64,000 nucleotides of DNA from Phycisphaerae bacterium (GTDB taxonomy: Bacteria; Planctomycetota; Phycisphaerae; JAAYCJ01). Positions within the stretch are counted from its first letter, which is position 1. Each line of letters opens with the position of its first letter. The stretch lies in contig JBAZZQ010000004.1 of NCBI GenBank assembly GCA_041658725.1, positions 3,437 through 67,436 on the forward strand. The letters are read 5' to 3'. Below are positions 19,153-29,809 of this stretch, in pieces. The notes below the pieces were generated by a model that was given only the letters and a program-made list of their open reading frames with translations, ran no database searches and had not been told where the DNA came from. A program made the position numbers and the translations under genes.

Positions 19153-20220
19153 TTAAAATATTTTTATGTATCTCAATAATGTTTTGATCATTTCCGGTCC
19201 GGTTACGCGGATTATTCGCTTTCCTTTGATATAAATGAAACCGCAATCCCTGCCGGCGACCAGTGCTATGTCGGCGTCGGCGGCTTCGCCGGGACCATTG
19301 ACGATACAACCCATTAACGCGACTTTGACCGGTTTGTGGATTTTGCGAAGTTGTTTTTCCACCTGGACCGCGAGTTTAGGCAAGTCGATCTGACAGCGTC
19401 CGCAGGTCGGACAGCAAATGAGTTCCGGCGAGGAGAATTTTCGCAGGCCGAAATCAGCGAGAATTTGTTTGGCGATATAAATTTCCTCCACCGGATCGCC
19501 GCTGAGGGAAACGCGGATCGTATCGCCGATCCCCTGAAAAAGAAGCACTCCCAACGCGTCCGCCGATCGGACCGAACCTGTCAGCACCGTTCCCGCATGC
19601 GTCAGACCCAAATGCAACGGATAATCGTAACGTTTGGCAATCGCCTGGCACAAGGCAATCGTCATCGGGACATCGGAACTTTTGGCGGAAAGGACCAGTT
19701 TTTCAAAGCGCTGAGCCTGGAAAAATCGAATATACGAGTCAAGCTCCTCGATCATGAGTTTGGTCATGTGTCGCGGATCGACTTTAGTCTCAAGTTGATC
19801 GCTGGTCCGAATGGACCCGGAATTAACCCCGATGCGGATAGGAATGTTCGCATCTTTGGCCGCCCCGATCACACGGGCGACTTTGTCGCGGTCCCGGATA
19901 TTTCCCGGATTGAGACGGATTTTATGGACCCCGGCGGAAATCGCTTCCAGAGCGCGATCGAAATGAAAATGGACATCGGCCACGATGGGGACGCGGACCT
20001 GTGCCAGAATTTCTTTTAAAGCGGCGGTATCCTTTTGCGTCGGAACCGCCACCCGCACGATATCGGCGCCCGCGTCGGTGAGACGATTAATCTGCCGAAC
20101 CGTGGCATCGACATCCTGGGTTAAAGTATTGGTCATCGACTGAATGCTGATCGGAGCATTACCGCCGATAGTAAGATTACCAACTTGAACGGAACGTGTT
20201 TTGTGACGTTTGATTTGCAT
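19153..20220 (-). CDS. ispG: 4-hydroxy-3-methylbut-2-en-1-yl diphosphate synthase
   Basis: It has VRVAVP, RINPGNI, and the 4Fe-4S ligand contexts CPTCGRC and GCIVNGPGE. Confidence 0.92.
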   Translation of the reverse strand: MQIKRHKTRSVQVGNLTIGGNAPISIQSMTNTLTQDVDATVRQINRLTDAGADIVRVAVPTQKDTAALKEILAQVRVPIVADVHFHFDRALEAISAGVHKIRLNPGNIRDRDKVARVIGAAKDANIPIRIGVNSGSIRTSDQLETKVDPRHMTKLMIEELDSYIRFFQAQRFEKLVLSAKSSDVPMTIALCQAIAKRYDYPLHLGLTHAGTVLTGSVRSADALGVLLFQGIGDTIRVSLSGDPVEEIYIAKQILADFGLRKFSSPELICCPTCGRCQIDLPKLAVQVEKQLRKIHKPVKVALMGCIVNGPGEAADADIALVAGRDCGFIYIKGKRIIRVTGPEMIKTLLRYIKIF

Positions 20221-20227
20221 ATTTTCC

Positions 20228-20761
20228 TTATTCTACACGCTTGATCTGCGGATCGATAAAAATATCCAGTTCATCCCTCGACCGCGTGGAAAATTCCGAG
20301 ACAATCGCCCCCTGCTGACCGGCTTGGAACCAATGCCATGTATCCGGCTGTAGGGTATATTGATCGCCTGGGTTTAAAACTATCTGGCGCCAAACGGTAA
20401 AATAATTTTTCCGCTCCAAAGGAACATATCCCTTTGGATTTTTCACCGCTTCGCCCGGTACGTACAGATAAATCTCGCCCCACCGGCAGCGGAAGGTTTC
20501 TTCTTTGCCCGGACTTTGATCGTAGGGAGGGTGCCGATGCTGCGGGCAAATTTGCCCGGGAAACATGACCAATTCCTTGGCGCAGCACCGGCTGGTATTG
20601 ACATAAACCACGATCTCCAGACCGATTTTGTCCAACTGGCCCAATCCAAAATCCGCGACCTCGATATTTTCCTTTTCGTCTTCTCGCAGAACGATGTTAG
20701 CGCGATCCAGAAATTCAACCGTTCTCCGACGGACGTTGCCGATTTCAACTCGACTTATCAT
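20228..20761 (-). CDS. D-lyxose/D-mannose-family sugar isomerase (cupin)
   Basis: CAKELVMFPGQICPQHRHPP...ETFRCRWG is typical of this cupin family. The internal ATG start was chosen. Confidence 0.65.
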   Translation of the reverse strand: MISRVEIGNVRRRTVEFLDRANIVLREDEKENIEVADFGLGQLDKIGLEIVVYVNTSRCCAKELVMFPGQICPQHRHPPYDQSPGKEETFRCRWGEIYLYVPGEAVKNPKGYVPLERKNYFTVWRQIVLNPGDQYTLQPDTWHWFQAGQQGAIVSEFSTRSRDELDIFIDPQIKRVE

Positions 20762-20947
20762 TGAGATAACCTCCGAAAATAATTTTGCTATCATTGTGAT
20801 GAAGCCGAATAAAGCAAGTCAAGAAGAAAGCACTTTTTATTCAAAATCGGTGTTGACATCTTATGATTTTTTTTTACAATCAGCCAACTGAGAGTTTGAA
20901 AAAATTATAGTAAGGATGGTCGCCTTTTACAAGGAAAGGAAATATTT

Positions 20948-22288
20948 ATGGCCGGGATGCTTGAATCTTTTATGAACAATGTGATTTCGAAGAATCCGGG
21001 GGAAAAGGAATTTCACAACGCGGTTCAGGAGGTGGCCAAGTCGGTCATGCCGGTCATCGATCAAAACCCCAAATATAGAAAGACCAAAATTCTTGAGCGG
21101 ATGGTCGAGCCGGAGCGAGTGATCATTTTTCGGGTTCCCTGGATGGACGACACGGGAGAAATTAACATCCAGCGTGGATTCCGGATACAGATGAACAGCG
21201 CCATCGGTCCTTATAAGGGAGGGTTTCGGTTTCATCCGTCGGTGAACCTGAGTATTTTGAAATTCCTCGCCTTTGAACAGGTCTTCAAAAATGCCCTGAC
21301 CACCCTCCCGATGGGCGGAGCCAAGGGCGGATCGGATTTTGACCCTAAGGGAAAAAGCGACAATGAAGTCATGCGCTTCTGCCAATCGTTCATGAGCGAA
21401 CTTTTCCGGCACATCAGCGCCGATACTGATGTTCCGGCAGGAGATATCGGGGTTGGTGGCCGGGAAATCGGATTCTTGTTTGGCCAGTACAAGAAGCTAA
21501 AAAACGAATTTACGGGCGTACTCACGGGCAAGGGTCTGGCTTGGGGTGGATCGCTCATTCGTCCGGAAGCGACGGGATACGGGACGGTCTTTTTCGCCCA
21601 GGAAATGTTGGCCACCCGCGGTGACAGCCTCAAGGGCAAGATCTGCACGGTCTCCGGGTCCGGCAATGTGTCTCAGTACACCGTGGAAAAGTTACTTCAG
21701 TTCGGGGCCAAGCCTGTGACGCTTTCGGATTCCAATGGAACTATCTACGATAAAAGCGGGATTAACGAAGAAAAGCTGGCGTGGGTGATTGACCTGAAGG
21801 AAGTTCGCCGCGGCAGAATCAAGGAATATGTCGATAAATTCGGCGGGGAGTATTATCCCAACCAGCGGCCCTGGATGATCCCCTGCGACTGTGCGTTTCC
21901 TTCCGCGACGCAAAATGAAATCAGCGGGGAAGATGCCAAATGTCTTCTTAAAAACGGTTGTTGCCTCGTTAGCGAGGGCGCCAATATGCCGACCGACCCG
22001 GACGGCGTGGAATTGTTTGTCGAGAAAAAAATCATGTTCGGTCCCGGAAAGGCTGCCAATGCGGGCGGTGTGGCTACCTCCGGTTTGGAGATGTCTCAGA
22101 ACTCCATGCGTATGAACTGGCCCAAGGAGGAAGTCGAGCAACGACTGCAACAGATCATGAAGGCCATTCATAAGAACGTCCACGAGACCGCTACCGCGTA
22201 TGGTCAACCGACGAATTATGTGCTTGGAGCCAACATCGCCGGATTTACTAAGGTCGCCAATGCCATGCTCGATCATGGGTTGGTATAA
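20948..22288 (+). CDS. gdhA: NADP-specific glutamate dehydrogenase
   Basis: The protein contains KGGFRFHP...LPMGGAKGGSDFDPKGKS and the GSGNV Rossmann motif. Confidence 0.95.
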   Translation: MAGMLESFMNNVISKNPGEKEFHNAVQEVAKSVMPVIDQNPKYRKTKILERMVEPERVIIFRVPWMDDTGEINIQRGFRIQMNSAIGPYKGGFRFHPSVNLSILKFLAFEQVFKNALTTLPMGGAKGGSDFDPKGKSDNEVMRFCQSFMSELFRHISADTDVPAGDIGVGGREIGFLFGQYKKLKNEFTGVLTGKGLAWGGSLIRPEATGYGTVFFAQEMLATRGDSLKGKICTVSGSGNVSQYTVEKLLQFGAKPVTLSDSNGTIYDKSGINEEKLAWVIDLKEVRRGRIKEYVDKFGGEYYPNQRPWMIPCDCAFPSATQNEISGEDAKCLLKNGCCLVSEGANMPTDPDGVELFVEKKIMFGPGKAANAGGVATSGLEMSQNSMRMNWPKEEVEQRLQQIMKAIHKNVHETATAYGQPTNYVLGANIAGFTKVANAMLDHGLV

Positions 22289-22346
22289 AAACGTAATATC
22301 CATTTTCATCTTTTGTAGGGGCACGGCATGCCGTGTCCCTACGAGA

Positions 22347-24989
22347 TCATTTCGGGTTTTCCTGGTAACAGGCGGCTCGCTGTTTCATGGAATCGACGTT
22401 CAAATAAATGCGTTTCTCCCGGGGAATATCGACCGCGTCGATCACTCGGATCACCTCGGTCCATGCGGAAGTATCCGCAAGCAGATCGGTCAGCCGGTTG
22501 TGCATCTGCCGGAAAAATTGATCATTGACCATGTTGCCTTCTCTCTCGGGAAAAACCGCCAGGTAAAGAATATCCATCTCCACCAGGTCATTAAAAAAAT
22601 GCGTGCCCAGCGAAACATCGGGAACGAGATTCTCGTGCATGCAGGCGATTTCGCACAAGACGGAAACCTTATTGATTTCGGCAAAAGACACCGGCACTCC
22701 CAATGAAGGCATGGACGTCCCCCACCGGCCCGGTCCGACGAGGATGATGGTTTTGGGGTTATCGTTGGTTTCCAGCCGCGTGAGACGCCCGACAATGCGC
22801 GCGACGGAATAACGTTCGCTTATGGTCATTTTCCCATAAACGGATGGAACGACGTAAATAATTCGATCCACAATCGTGGCCAAGCTTTGTCCGATGATGG
22901 GACCGCGGGTTTCAAGAATCAGATTTTCCGGTGGGATTATTTCGGGAAGGTTAAGCTTTACCCCTTCCCGTTTGATTTTCACCTGGAATGGCCGGCATTG
23001 AACCAGGTTGATCCGGTATTGATCATCCTGGAGAAAATTCGTGGTAAATTCGACATCCACCGGATAACTATAAGCCGTGGAAAGAACCGTCAGCATCTCG
23101 CGCATATCCTGAATGAAAAGGGTTTCCGAAAAGAGTCGATCAAACGTAAGCAGCCACGGGAATATTTCCTTCCTCTTTTTATCCTTTGACAATTCCAGCA
23201 ATTCCTGGTCGATCGACGCGACGGTTTCCAAGACGTTTTCGGGAAGACTCTTGGCCACCTCTTCAAATTTCCGGCTGAGGAGTTTGTTCTCGGTTAAATC
23301 GAGGACATCGACGTTTTTTTGGGCGTATTGCCTCAATTCGTCCACATTCGCCTCCGGCCGTTTCTGCGGCACGTTCAAGGCCACCACTCGCGTGTAGTCA
23401 TCGTCCGTGCGCTCCACGGCGCGGGTTCCCAGGCCGAAAACCAGACGAAGCATTCCCGCCTGAGGATCGATCTGTTCGTTCCATACATACGGATTAAAAG
23501 AAAAACCCACCCCGGCGATCTGCGGAAAATACAACGGACCGTACATCTCTCCGGAGACCCGCTGAACCAGGATCGCCATCTGCTCGTCCCGATCCAGCAG
23601 GCCATGATGAAGGCGATACGACAGGGCTTCCTGGCTCATGGTGCTGGCATACACGGTCCGCATGGCATTGATAAAGGCATCGAGCCGCTCCTGGGGAGTG
23701 CCCTGGTTGGCGCAGTACACGCTCTCGTATTTTCCGGAAAAGGCATTTCCGTAATTGTCCTCCAGAAGACTGCTGGAGCGAACGATGATGGGCGATTGCC
23801 CGAAATAATCGAGCATTTCCGCAAATTGATTCTGGATGTACTCGGGAAAAACACCCGTCAAAAGCTTTTCCGCAGCCTCCGCAGCCTGGTGCAAAAGGAC
23901 ATCGAAATCCTTGTGCTTCAGTCGAAGCCACCAGCATCCGTTTTGAACGAGAAACGTATAAAAAACATCGGATCCGATAAAAAACGAATCATGGGCCTCG
24001 AGCCTTTGAGCACAGGCGGCCCGGTTCTTTTTGAGAATCGCCCGGGCCAAAAGCATTCCCAGGGTTTTACCTCCGATCAAACCTGTTCCGATCATGCGCT
24101 TGAGAATCTCCATCAGATCGGAGAGATCGAAATATTGCTTGGCCAGCTTTGAAAATCGTTCATCGCGGGTAACGGCCATTTTCAGCAGACGATTGAAGTA
24201 ATATTCCTCCTCCCGCGGTAATTTCTTTCCGCTCTTGATCGCATCCAGCGTTTCCTGGGCTTGCAGGTAGGTTTGCGCCCAGACCCCACGCCGTTGAATG
24301 GTAAATTCCAGCCAGGGTTTGGGTGTGCCGGCCAAAACTTGAGAAATGACGGCACTTCCGGTTACGGGACGAAATTCCTCTCCTTCCCATTTGTGCAGCA
24401 TATACATGGTCGGGGAAAATCTTCCCGCCGCTTTCAGCGGATGAAGGTAAAGCTGTCCCTTCTCCCGGTAAATATCCAGAATAACCTGGGCTGTGTTATT
24501 GATCCCATCCGTGGCATGGAAGGAGTGATGGTTCTTTAAAAGGGCAAAATACGCCACCGTCTCGAACTCGTAGAGAAACGGGCAGGCGATCATAAAAAAA
24601 TTGCCCAGCATGCGGTCGGAATACCAATCTCCTGCCAGGTCCGACAAACAGTCGAACACATAATACGCACCCTTGCCGGCCTTTTCGATGACATTCAGAA
24701 TTTCGATCAGGAATTTTTCAAAGCCCGCTTCCGGATCAAGCCGGACCATCGTCACATCGTCGCTGGCCGGAAAAAGCTGCCCATGCCTGGCGAAACTAAA
24801 GTAAATCAGCTTCTTTCCCTGCCGAAGAATTTCCGCCAGGTAGGGTTGCACGAACGGAATGTAATCGTCAATCGAATCCACCTGCCAGACCACATTATCA
24901 CCCGGCATCACACCTTTGAGCAACCGGTCCAATCCGGGCAGGCCTGTGCTCATGGCAGAAGCGTTATTTTCCAACCGATCATTTTCCAT
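22347..24989 (-). CDS. PEP/pyruvate-binding (PPDK_N ATP-grasp-like) domain protein with an N-terminal KaiC/RecA-like module lacking a Walker A
   Basis: The N-terminus GLPGLDRLLKGVMPGDNVVWQVDS resembles KaiC-type domains but has no GxxxxGK[ST]. The central GGKTLGML... region resembles the PEP synthase/PPDK nucleotide-binding domain. Confidence 0.55.
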   Translation of the reverse strand: MENDRLENNASAMSTGLPGLDRLLKGVMPGDNVVWQVDSIDDYIPFVQPYLAEILRQGKKLIYFSFARHGQLFPASDDVTMVRLDPEAGFEKFLIEILNVIEKAGKGAYYVFDCLSDLAGDWYSDRMLGNFFMIACPFLYEFETVAYFALLKNHHSFHATDGINNTAQVILDIYREKGQLYLHPLKAAGRFSPTMYMLHKWEGEEFRPVTGSAVISQVLAGTPKPWLEFTIQRRGVWAQTYLQAQETLDAIKSGKKLPREEEYYFNRLLKMAVTRDERFSKLAKQYFDLSDLMEILKRMIGTGLIGGKTLGMLLARAILKKNRAACAQRLEAHDSFFIGSDVFYTFLVQNGCWWLRLKHKDFDVLLHQAAEAAEKLLTGVFPEYIQNQFAEMLDYFGQSPIIVRSSSLLEDNYGNAFSGKYESVYCANQGTPQERLDAFINAMRTVYASTMSQEALSYRLHHGLLDRDEQMAILVQRVSGEMYGPLYFPQIAGVGFSFNPYVWNEQIDPQAGMLRLVFGLGTRAVERTDDDYTRVVALNVPQKRPEANVDELRQYAQKNVDVLDLTENKLLSRKFEEVAKSLPENVLETVASIDQELLELSKDKKRKEIFPWLLTFDRLFSETLFIQDMREMLTVLSTAYSYPVDVEFTTNFLQDDQYRINLVQCRPFQVKIKREGVKLNLPEIIPPENLILETRGPIIGQSLATIVDRIIYVVPSVYGKMTISERYSVARIVGRLTRLETNDNPKTIILVGPGRWGTSMPSLGVPVSFAEINKVSVLCEIACMHENLVPDVSLGTHFFNDLVEMDILYLAVFPEREGNMVNDQFFRQMHNRLTDLLADTSAWTEVIRVIDAVDIPREKRIYLNVDSMKQRAACYQENPK

Positions 24990-25135
24990 AGAAATTCATA
25001 CCTGTTATAAATCGAAATGATTGCCTCTACATTTTATACCAGAACGATTACACGTTTCCAACAACCCGTTAAGATTCTAAAAGATTGCTATTCTGAGGGA
25101 TATCCTTTAGAATCTCTTTGAAGAAAGGGTTTTAT

Positions 25136-26056
25136 ATGAATATCTGCGTCATCGGCGGAACCGGTCATATCGGAACATTCCTTGTCCCCCTGCTAGTTCA
25201 AAACGGACACCAGGTCACCGTTCTCACGTCGGGACGTACTCCCGTGCCAACGGGTTCCGAGTGGCAAAAAGTAAACGTGAAGCAAGGGCGATATTCCCCC
25301 GATAAAACGTGGCTGGATTTGGTGGCCGGCGCGGGGGCCGAGGTGTTGATCGACATTTTAGGCGTCGACGTTCCCGGCGTTTATGGCGTGGTCAAAAAGA
25401 CCTGCCGCCACATGATCGTCTGCGGGTCCACGTGGATGTGGGGTTCGCCGCGGATCGTTCCGACTCCGCCGGCCGTCCAGGGTCCTTGCGAATTTGAAGG
25501 CTATGCCCGCAGGATCAAGGAAATGCTGGCGACCAAGGACGCGGCGAAACGCGATGGAATCGCCTTTACCGGCGTCATGCCCCCGAATATTTGCGGACCC
25601 GGCAAAATCCCTCTCGATACCGCGGGCGGACGCGATATTAAAGTACATCAGGCGATAAAGAACGGAACGCCGGTCGTTTTGCCCGAGGGATGCAATACGC
25701 TGATCGGACCCTGCGACGCCTCGGATATCGCGGCGATTTTCGCCCTGGCCGTCGAACACCGCGACGCGGCGGCCGATGAAATTTTCAACGCGGGGTCCGA
25801 CCTCGCCTTGACCGCTTCCGAGTTCGTGGAGACCTATGCCCAAATTTATAAAACGAAGATTCCCACGCCCCGGGTGAGCTGGAAAAGATTCCTACGGGAA
25901 ACCATGCCCGATCCCGGCGCCAATTACCACTACCGCGAACACATGTGCCCGGATATTTCCAAAACCAGGATCAAATTGGGATATTCACCGAAATTTACCC
26001 CGCAGGCTACTATGGAACGCGCCGTGGAATGGATGTACCGGGAAAAATTACTTTAA
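25136..26056 (+). CDS. NAD-dependent epimerase/dehydratase-family protein
   Basis: The N-terminal Rossmann motif is MNICVIGGTGHIG. Confidence 0.7.
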   Translation: MNICVIGGTGHIGTFLVPLLVQNGHQVTVLTSGRTPVPTGSEWQKVNVKQGRYSPDKTWLDLVAGAGAEVLIDILGVDVPGVYGVVKKTCRHMIVCGSTWMWGSPRIVPTPPAVQGPCEFEGYARRIKEMLATKDAAKRDGIAFTGVMPPNICGPGKIPLDTAGGRDIKVHQAIKNGTPVVLPEGCNTLIGPCDASDIAAIFALAVEHRDAAADEIFNAGSDLALTASEFVETYAQIYKTKIPTPRVSWKRFLRETMPDPGANYHYREHMCPDISKTRIKLGYSPKFTPQATMERAVEWMYREKLL

Positions 26057-26070
26057 CCAGGGACCGGTCT

Positions 26071-26985
26071 ATGTTCCGAGCATGCAGGGCATATTTGTAT
26101 CTTCTACCCGCCGCGGGGATACTTATGTTGTTTCACCTGCTGCCGTTTCTGGCGGTGGTCTGGATCAGCCTGTATAAAAATTGGGGCACGCAGGACGCCT
26201 TTCGAACCGGTTTTGCCAATTATGGAGAAATCTTAAAGAGTGGGGAATTTTTTTATTCGCTGGGTATAACCCTCTGGTACGCGGTGGGCACAATGCCTAT
26301 TACCATCGTTTTGTCTCTGGTTTTCGCGGTTATACTGCGGCGAAAAATGCGCGGCGGCACGTTTTATCGGGTGGTGTATTTTTTGCCTTATATCACTTCG
26401 ACGGTGGCGGCGGCTGCCGTTTGGAAATGGATTTTTCATGTAGACCAGCGCGGACTGGCGAACTCACTTCTGATGAGTATCGGCTGGGGACCGTTTCGTT
26501 TCACCGAAGAATCACGGGGTATTTTTGAGCTGATGTTCGGACATTCGCTGCCCCTGCTGGGATCAGGTCCGAGTTTGGCCCTGGTCTCGGTGATGATTTT
26601 TTCTGTCTGGCAGACGTTCGGGTTTTATGTGATCATTTTTTCCGCCGGTCTGGGTCAAATTACAAAGGAAGTCTATGAAGCGGCGGCCCTGGACGGCGCG
26701 GGACCATGCCGAATCTTTTTTTCCATCACCGTCCCTTTGATGCGCCCGATCGTTGGGTTTCTACTGGTCATTTCCTCCATCAGCGCGTTTCAGACTTTTA
26801 ACCAGATTTACATTATGGCCCCCGGCGAACGGCTTCGGTCCGCTCGCAATCTGACCATGTACATCGTAACCCAGTTTTGGGAATTTGGTCGAATTGATCG
26901 TGCCTCTGCGGCGGCGGTGCTCCTATTTATTATCCTGGCGGTGCTGACGGCGGTCCAATTAGGCTTTTATCGGAAGAAGGATTAA
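26071..26985 (+). CDS. Carbohydrate ABC transporter permease (MalF-like)
   Basis: It is multi-TM with the EAA loop YEAAALDGAGPCRIFFSITVPLMRP. The ATG at 26071 avoids overlap with the upstream gene. Confidence 0.85.
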   Translation: MFRACRAYLYLLPAAGILMLFHLLPFLAVVWISLYKNWGTQDAFRTGFANYGEILKSGEFFYSLGITLWYAVGTMPITIVLSLVFAVILRRKMRGGTFYRVVYFLPYITSTVAAAAVWKWIFHVDQRGLANSLLMSIGWGPFRFTEESRGIFELMFGHSLPLLGSGPSLALVSVMIFSVWQTFGFYVIIFSAGLGQITKEVYEAAALDGAGPCRIFFSITVPLMRPIVGFLLVISSISAFQTFNQIYIMAPGERLRSARNLTMYIVTQFWEFGRIDRASAAAVLLFIILAVLTAVQLGFYRKKD

Positions 26986-26988
26986 ACG

Positions 26989-27822
26989 ATGAAAATTCGC
27001 AAAGGAATGTTTAACCTTTTCCTGCATCTGGTGCTCCTGGCCGGCGCCGTCTTTTGCGCCCTGCCGTTTTTCTGGATGATTTCAACCTCATTAAAAACCT
27101 CCCCGGAGGTCAATCTTACCGTTCCGCAATTTTTACCGCAAAAAGCACAGTGGTCGAATTACCCCCAAGCCATCTTCCGCGCGGCGACCATTGGTGTGCC
27201 GTTTATTCGTTGTTTTGCCAATAGCGCCTTGGTGGCCCTGGCAGTAACGCTCGGAGTGCTCCTGACGTCCGTCCTGACCGCTTATGCCTTTGGCATGATG
27301 AAATTCCCAGCCAAAAATATTCTCTTCCTGCTATTTCTGACCCCGATGATGATTCCCTTCGAGGTTACGTTGATCCCGAATTTTATCATCATCCAAAAAT
27401 TGGGGTGGTACGATTCGTACCTGGCCCTGGTCATCCCGTGGACGGCGAATGTCTTTTCCATTTATTTTCTCCGCCGTATTTTCGAGCGAATGGACCGTGA
27501 ACTCTATGACGCTGCCCGCGTGGACGGGTGCGGCGATTTTCGATTTCTCTGGTCCGTTGCCGTCCCGATGGCGAAACCGGCGTTGGTGACCATCGGTCTG
27601 TACACGTTCCTCGGCAGTTGGAACGCCTTCCTCTGGCCGCTGATGGTGACCAAATCACCTCAACTATCCGTGATTCAAAAAGGACTAGCCAGTTTCATCC
27701 AGGAAGCGGGAACCGATTATCAACTGCTAATGGCCGCCGCCACCCTGACCATTCTTCCCGTTGTCCTCATTTACCTCGCCGCCCAGCGATGGTTTCAAGA
27801 AGGCGCGGAGAAGATGTTTTAG
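26989..27822 (+). CDS. Carbohydrate ABC transporter permease (MalG-like)
   Basis: It is multi-TM with the EAA loop YDAARVDGCGDFRFLWSVAVPMAKP. Confidence 0.85.
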   Translation: MKIRKGMFNLFLHLVLLAGAVFCALPFFWMISTSLKTSPEVNLTVPQFLPQKAQWSNYPQAIFRAATIGVPFIRCFANSALVALAVTLGVLLTSVLTAYAFGMMKFPAKNILFLLFLTPMMIPFEVTLIPNFIIIQKLGWYDSYLALVIPWTANVFSIYFLRRIFERMDRELYDAARVDGCGDFRFLWSVAVPMAKPALVTIGLYTFLGSWNAFLWPLMVTKSPQLSVIQKGLASFIQEAGTDYQLLMAAATLTILPVVLIYLAAQRWFQEGAEKMF

Positions 27823-27860
27823 CCACGAATTACACGTATGGACATAAATAAGATATGAAG
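27817..27860. repeat. Short dispersed repeat ttttagccacgaattac-cg-atgg (copy 2 of 2)
   Basis: It matches 10339-10385. The TAG stop of the permease gene lies inside the repeat. Confidence 0.6.
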
Positions 27861-28033
27861 ATGGTGTGTGCAGCCGCACCCTATAGGACTTTGCATTTTG
27901 CAATTAAAGAAGGAGCGGAAGAAGTAGCCGGTATCGAGCAAAAGGTAGACGAGTAGTCGAGTAGAAAAATTGTGAAGTGTGAAAAAAGGGTTGTCAACCC
28001 CCGCGAATCGCGAGAATCCCTCCGTTGGCGGAT

Positions 28034-29806
28034 TTATCGGTTCGGCAAATGAATGGAAAAATCGCTGCCCTGTCCCGGGGCGCTATCGACAAAAATGGTT
28101 CCGCCGTGAGCGAGGGTGATGTGCTTGACGATGGCGAGGCCCAGTCCCGTGCCGCCGAGTTTGCGGCTTCGGGCTTTATCGACGCGGTAAAATCGCTCAA
28201 AAATGCGTGGCAGATGTTCTTTTTCGATTCCGCATCCCATATCGCGGATGCAAATAATCACTTCATCGGCTGTTTGGCGGCCTTTGACCGTTACCTGCTT
28301 TCCGGTATCGCTGTATTTGACGGCGTTATCGATCAGATTGACAATGGCCTGTTCGAGAAGGGGGGCATTCATGCGAACCATAATCGCTTCGTCGCACGTT
28401 AGATCGAGATGAATTTCTTTGGCGAGGGCTTGAAGCTCGCAAAGCTGGATGGCTGACCGCAAAACTTCCCGCAGGGGGGCTTTTTCCAATTGGATTCGGT
28501 TTTTCTCGGTTTGGTCTTCGATTCGCGACAGGCTTAGGATATCTTCGATGATGGCGTTTAAGCGATCCGTCTGGCGGGCGATAATCTGCAGAAATCTCGA
28601 CAATTCCTCTGGATTGTTCATCGCTCCGTCGAGGAGGGTTTCGACGAATCCTTTGATCGAGGTGATGGGCGTTTTAAGCTCGTGGGATACATTGGCGACA
28701 AAATCGCGGCGAATGGTTTCCAGCCGATGCAGGCGGGTAACGTCGTTAAGGACAATAACCGCGCCGATTCCATTTTTTTGGCCGTCATGCAAAATCGTCC
28801 CGTGAGCCTGGAGAAATCGCCCTCCGTTATCGTGCAGGGTAATATCACCTTCGACGGGCTGGCGGCTGGTCAGGGCTTTTACGACAAATTCCTGCAAGTC
28901 GGTATTTCGGACGACCTCCTGGATGCTTCGTCCGTGAACGTCGTCGGGATTTACATGCAGGAGTTTCGCCCCGGCCTGATTGATGCTGATAATTCGTTCC
29001 TCCGCGTCAATGGCGAGGACACCTTCGACCATGCTGGATAACACCGCCTCCTGCTCATTTCGCTGCTGGACCAGAGTTCGGATTCGGTCGTCCAGTTGGG
29101 CGGCCATCGAATTTAGGCTTTCCGCAAGTATCGCAATTTCCCGCGTGTCGGGAATCGGCAATCGCCACATCAGTTCGCCGCCGGCAAATAGATCGGCTGC
29201 GTGTCTCATTTCTTCCAAAGGCCGGCTGATCCGGCGGGAAACGCCCAGACTGACCATCGCGGCGACGGCTGCGACAACCAGACCCGCCAGGATTATTTTC
29301 AGATAGAGTGAATTCACAGCCGCCGCGATCGTCGTTACCGGAACGGATAATCGCAAAACGGCCAGAATGTTTTTTCCTTCAAGAAGAGGCGTGGCGATAT
29401 ACATCATATTTTTTTGAAGGGTATAGCTGTATCGCTGGGATTTCCCGATTGATCCGCTTAGAACCGCGACAACTTCCGGGCGGTCGCTGTGATCATCCAT
29501 CGTCTCGGGGTCGTGATCGGAATCGGCAACCACCTTGCCGGAGGGCAAAATGACCGTGATCCGGGCGGAAGCGTCTTGGCCGTGTTCGCGGCACCAGACG
29601 TTCAGCGCCGAATAATTTTTTGAAACGAGATTTTCTTTAATTTGTCCGCCCAGCAGGTGGCTCCGGGTCTGAAGGTCTTCGGCGATTTGTTGAAGGTAAA
29701 ATCGATGGATCGAATTGACCGCGTATAAGGTGACCGCCAGCAAGGCGACCAGCGTAATCAGCAGATAGGACGGAAAGAGCCGCCAGAGCAGCCTTTTTCT
29801 TTGCAT
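28034..29806 (-). CDS. Sensor histidine kinase (PhoR-like; TM-HAMP-PAS-HisKA-HATPase)
   Basis: It has the H-box SHELKTPITSIKG, the N-box NLIDNAVKY, and DMGCGI and GGTGLGLAIVK motifs. Confidence 0.9.
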   Translation of the reverse strand: MQRKRLLWRLFPSYLLITLVALLAVTLYAVNSIHRFYLQQIAEDLQTRSHLLGGQIKENLVSKNYSALNVWCREHGQDASARITVILPSGKVVADSDHDPETMDDHSDRPEVVAVLSGSIGKSQRYSYTLQKNMMYIATPLLEGKNILAVLRLSVPVTTIAAAVNSLYLKIILAGLVVAAVAAMVSLGVSRRISRPLEEMRHAADLFAGGELMWRLPIPDTREIAILAESLNSMAAQLDDRIRTLVQQRNEQEAVLSSMVEGVLAIDAEERIISINQAGAKLLHVNPDDVHGRSIQEVVRNTDLQEFVVKALTSRQPVEGDITLHDNGGRFLQAHGTILHDGQKNGIGAVIVLNDVTRLHRLETIRRDFVANVSHELKTPITSIKGFVETLLDGAMNNPEELSRFLQIIARQTDRLNAIIEDILSLSRIEDQTEKNRIQLEKAPLREVLRSAIQLCELQALAKEIHLDLTCDEAIMVRMNAPLLEQAIVNLIDNAVKYSDTGKQVTVKGRQTADEVIICIRDMGCGIEKEHLPRIFERFYRVDKARSRKLGGTGLGLAIVKHITLAHGGTIFVDSAPGQGSDFSIHLPNR

Positions 29807-29809
29807 CAG

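Noticed and set aside
25945-26070. The track gives an N-terminal extension of the MalF-like permease ORF that overlaps the epimerase gene by about 110 nt.
   Set aside because: The extension has no membrane or signal character. The ATG at 26071, just after the epimerase stop, gives a typical permease N-terminus.
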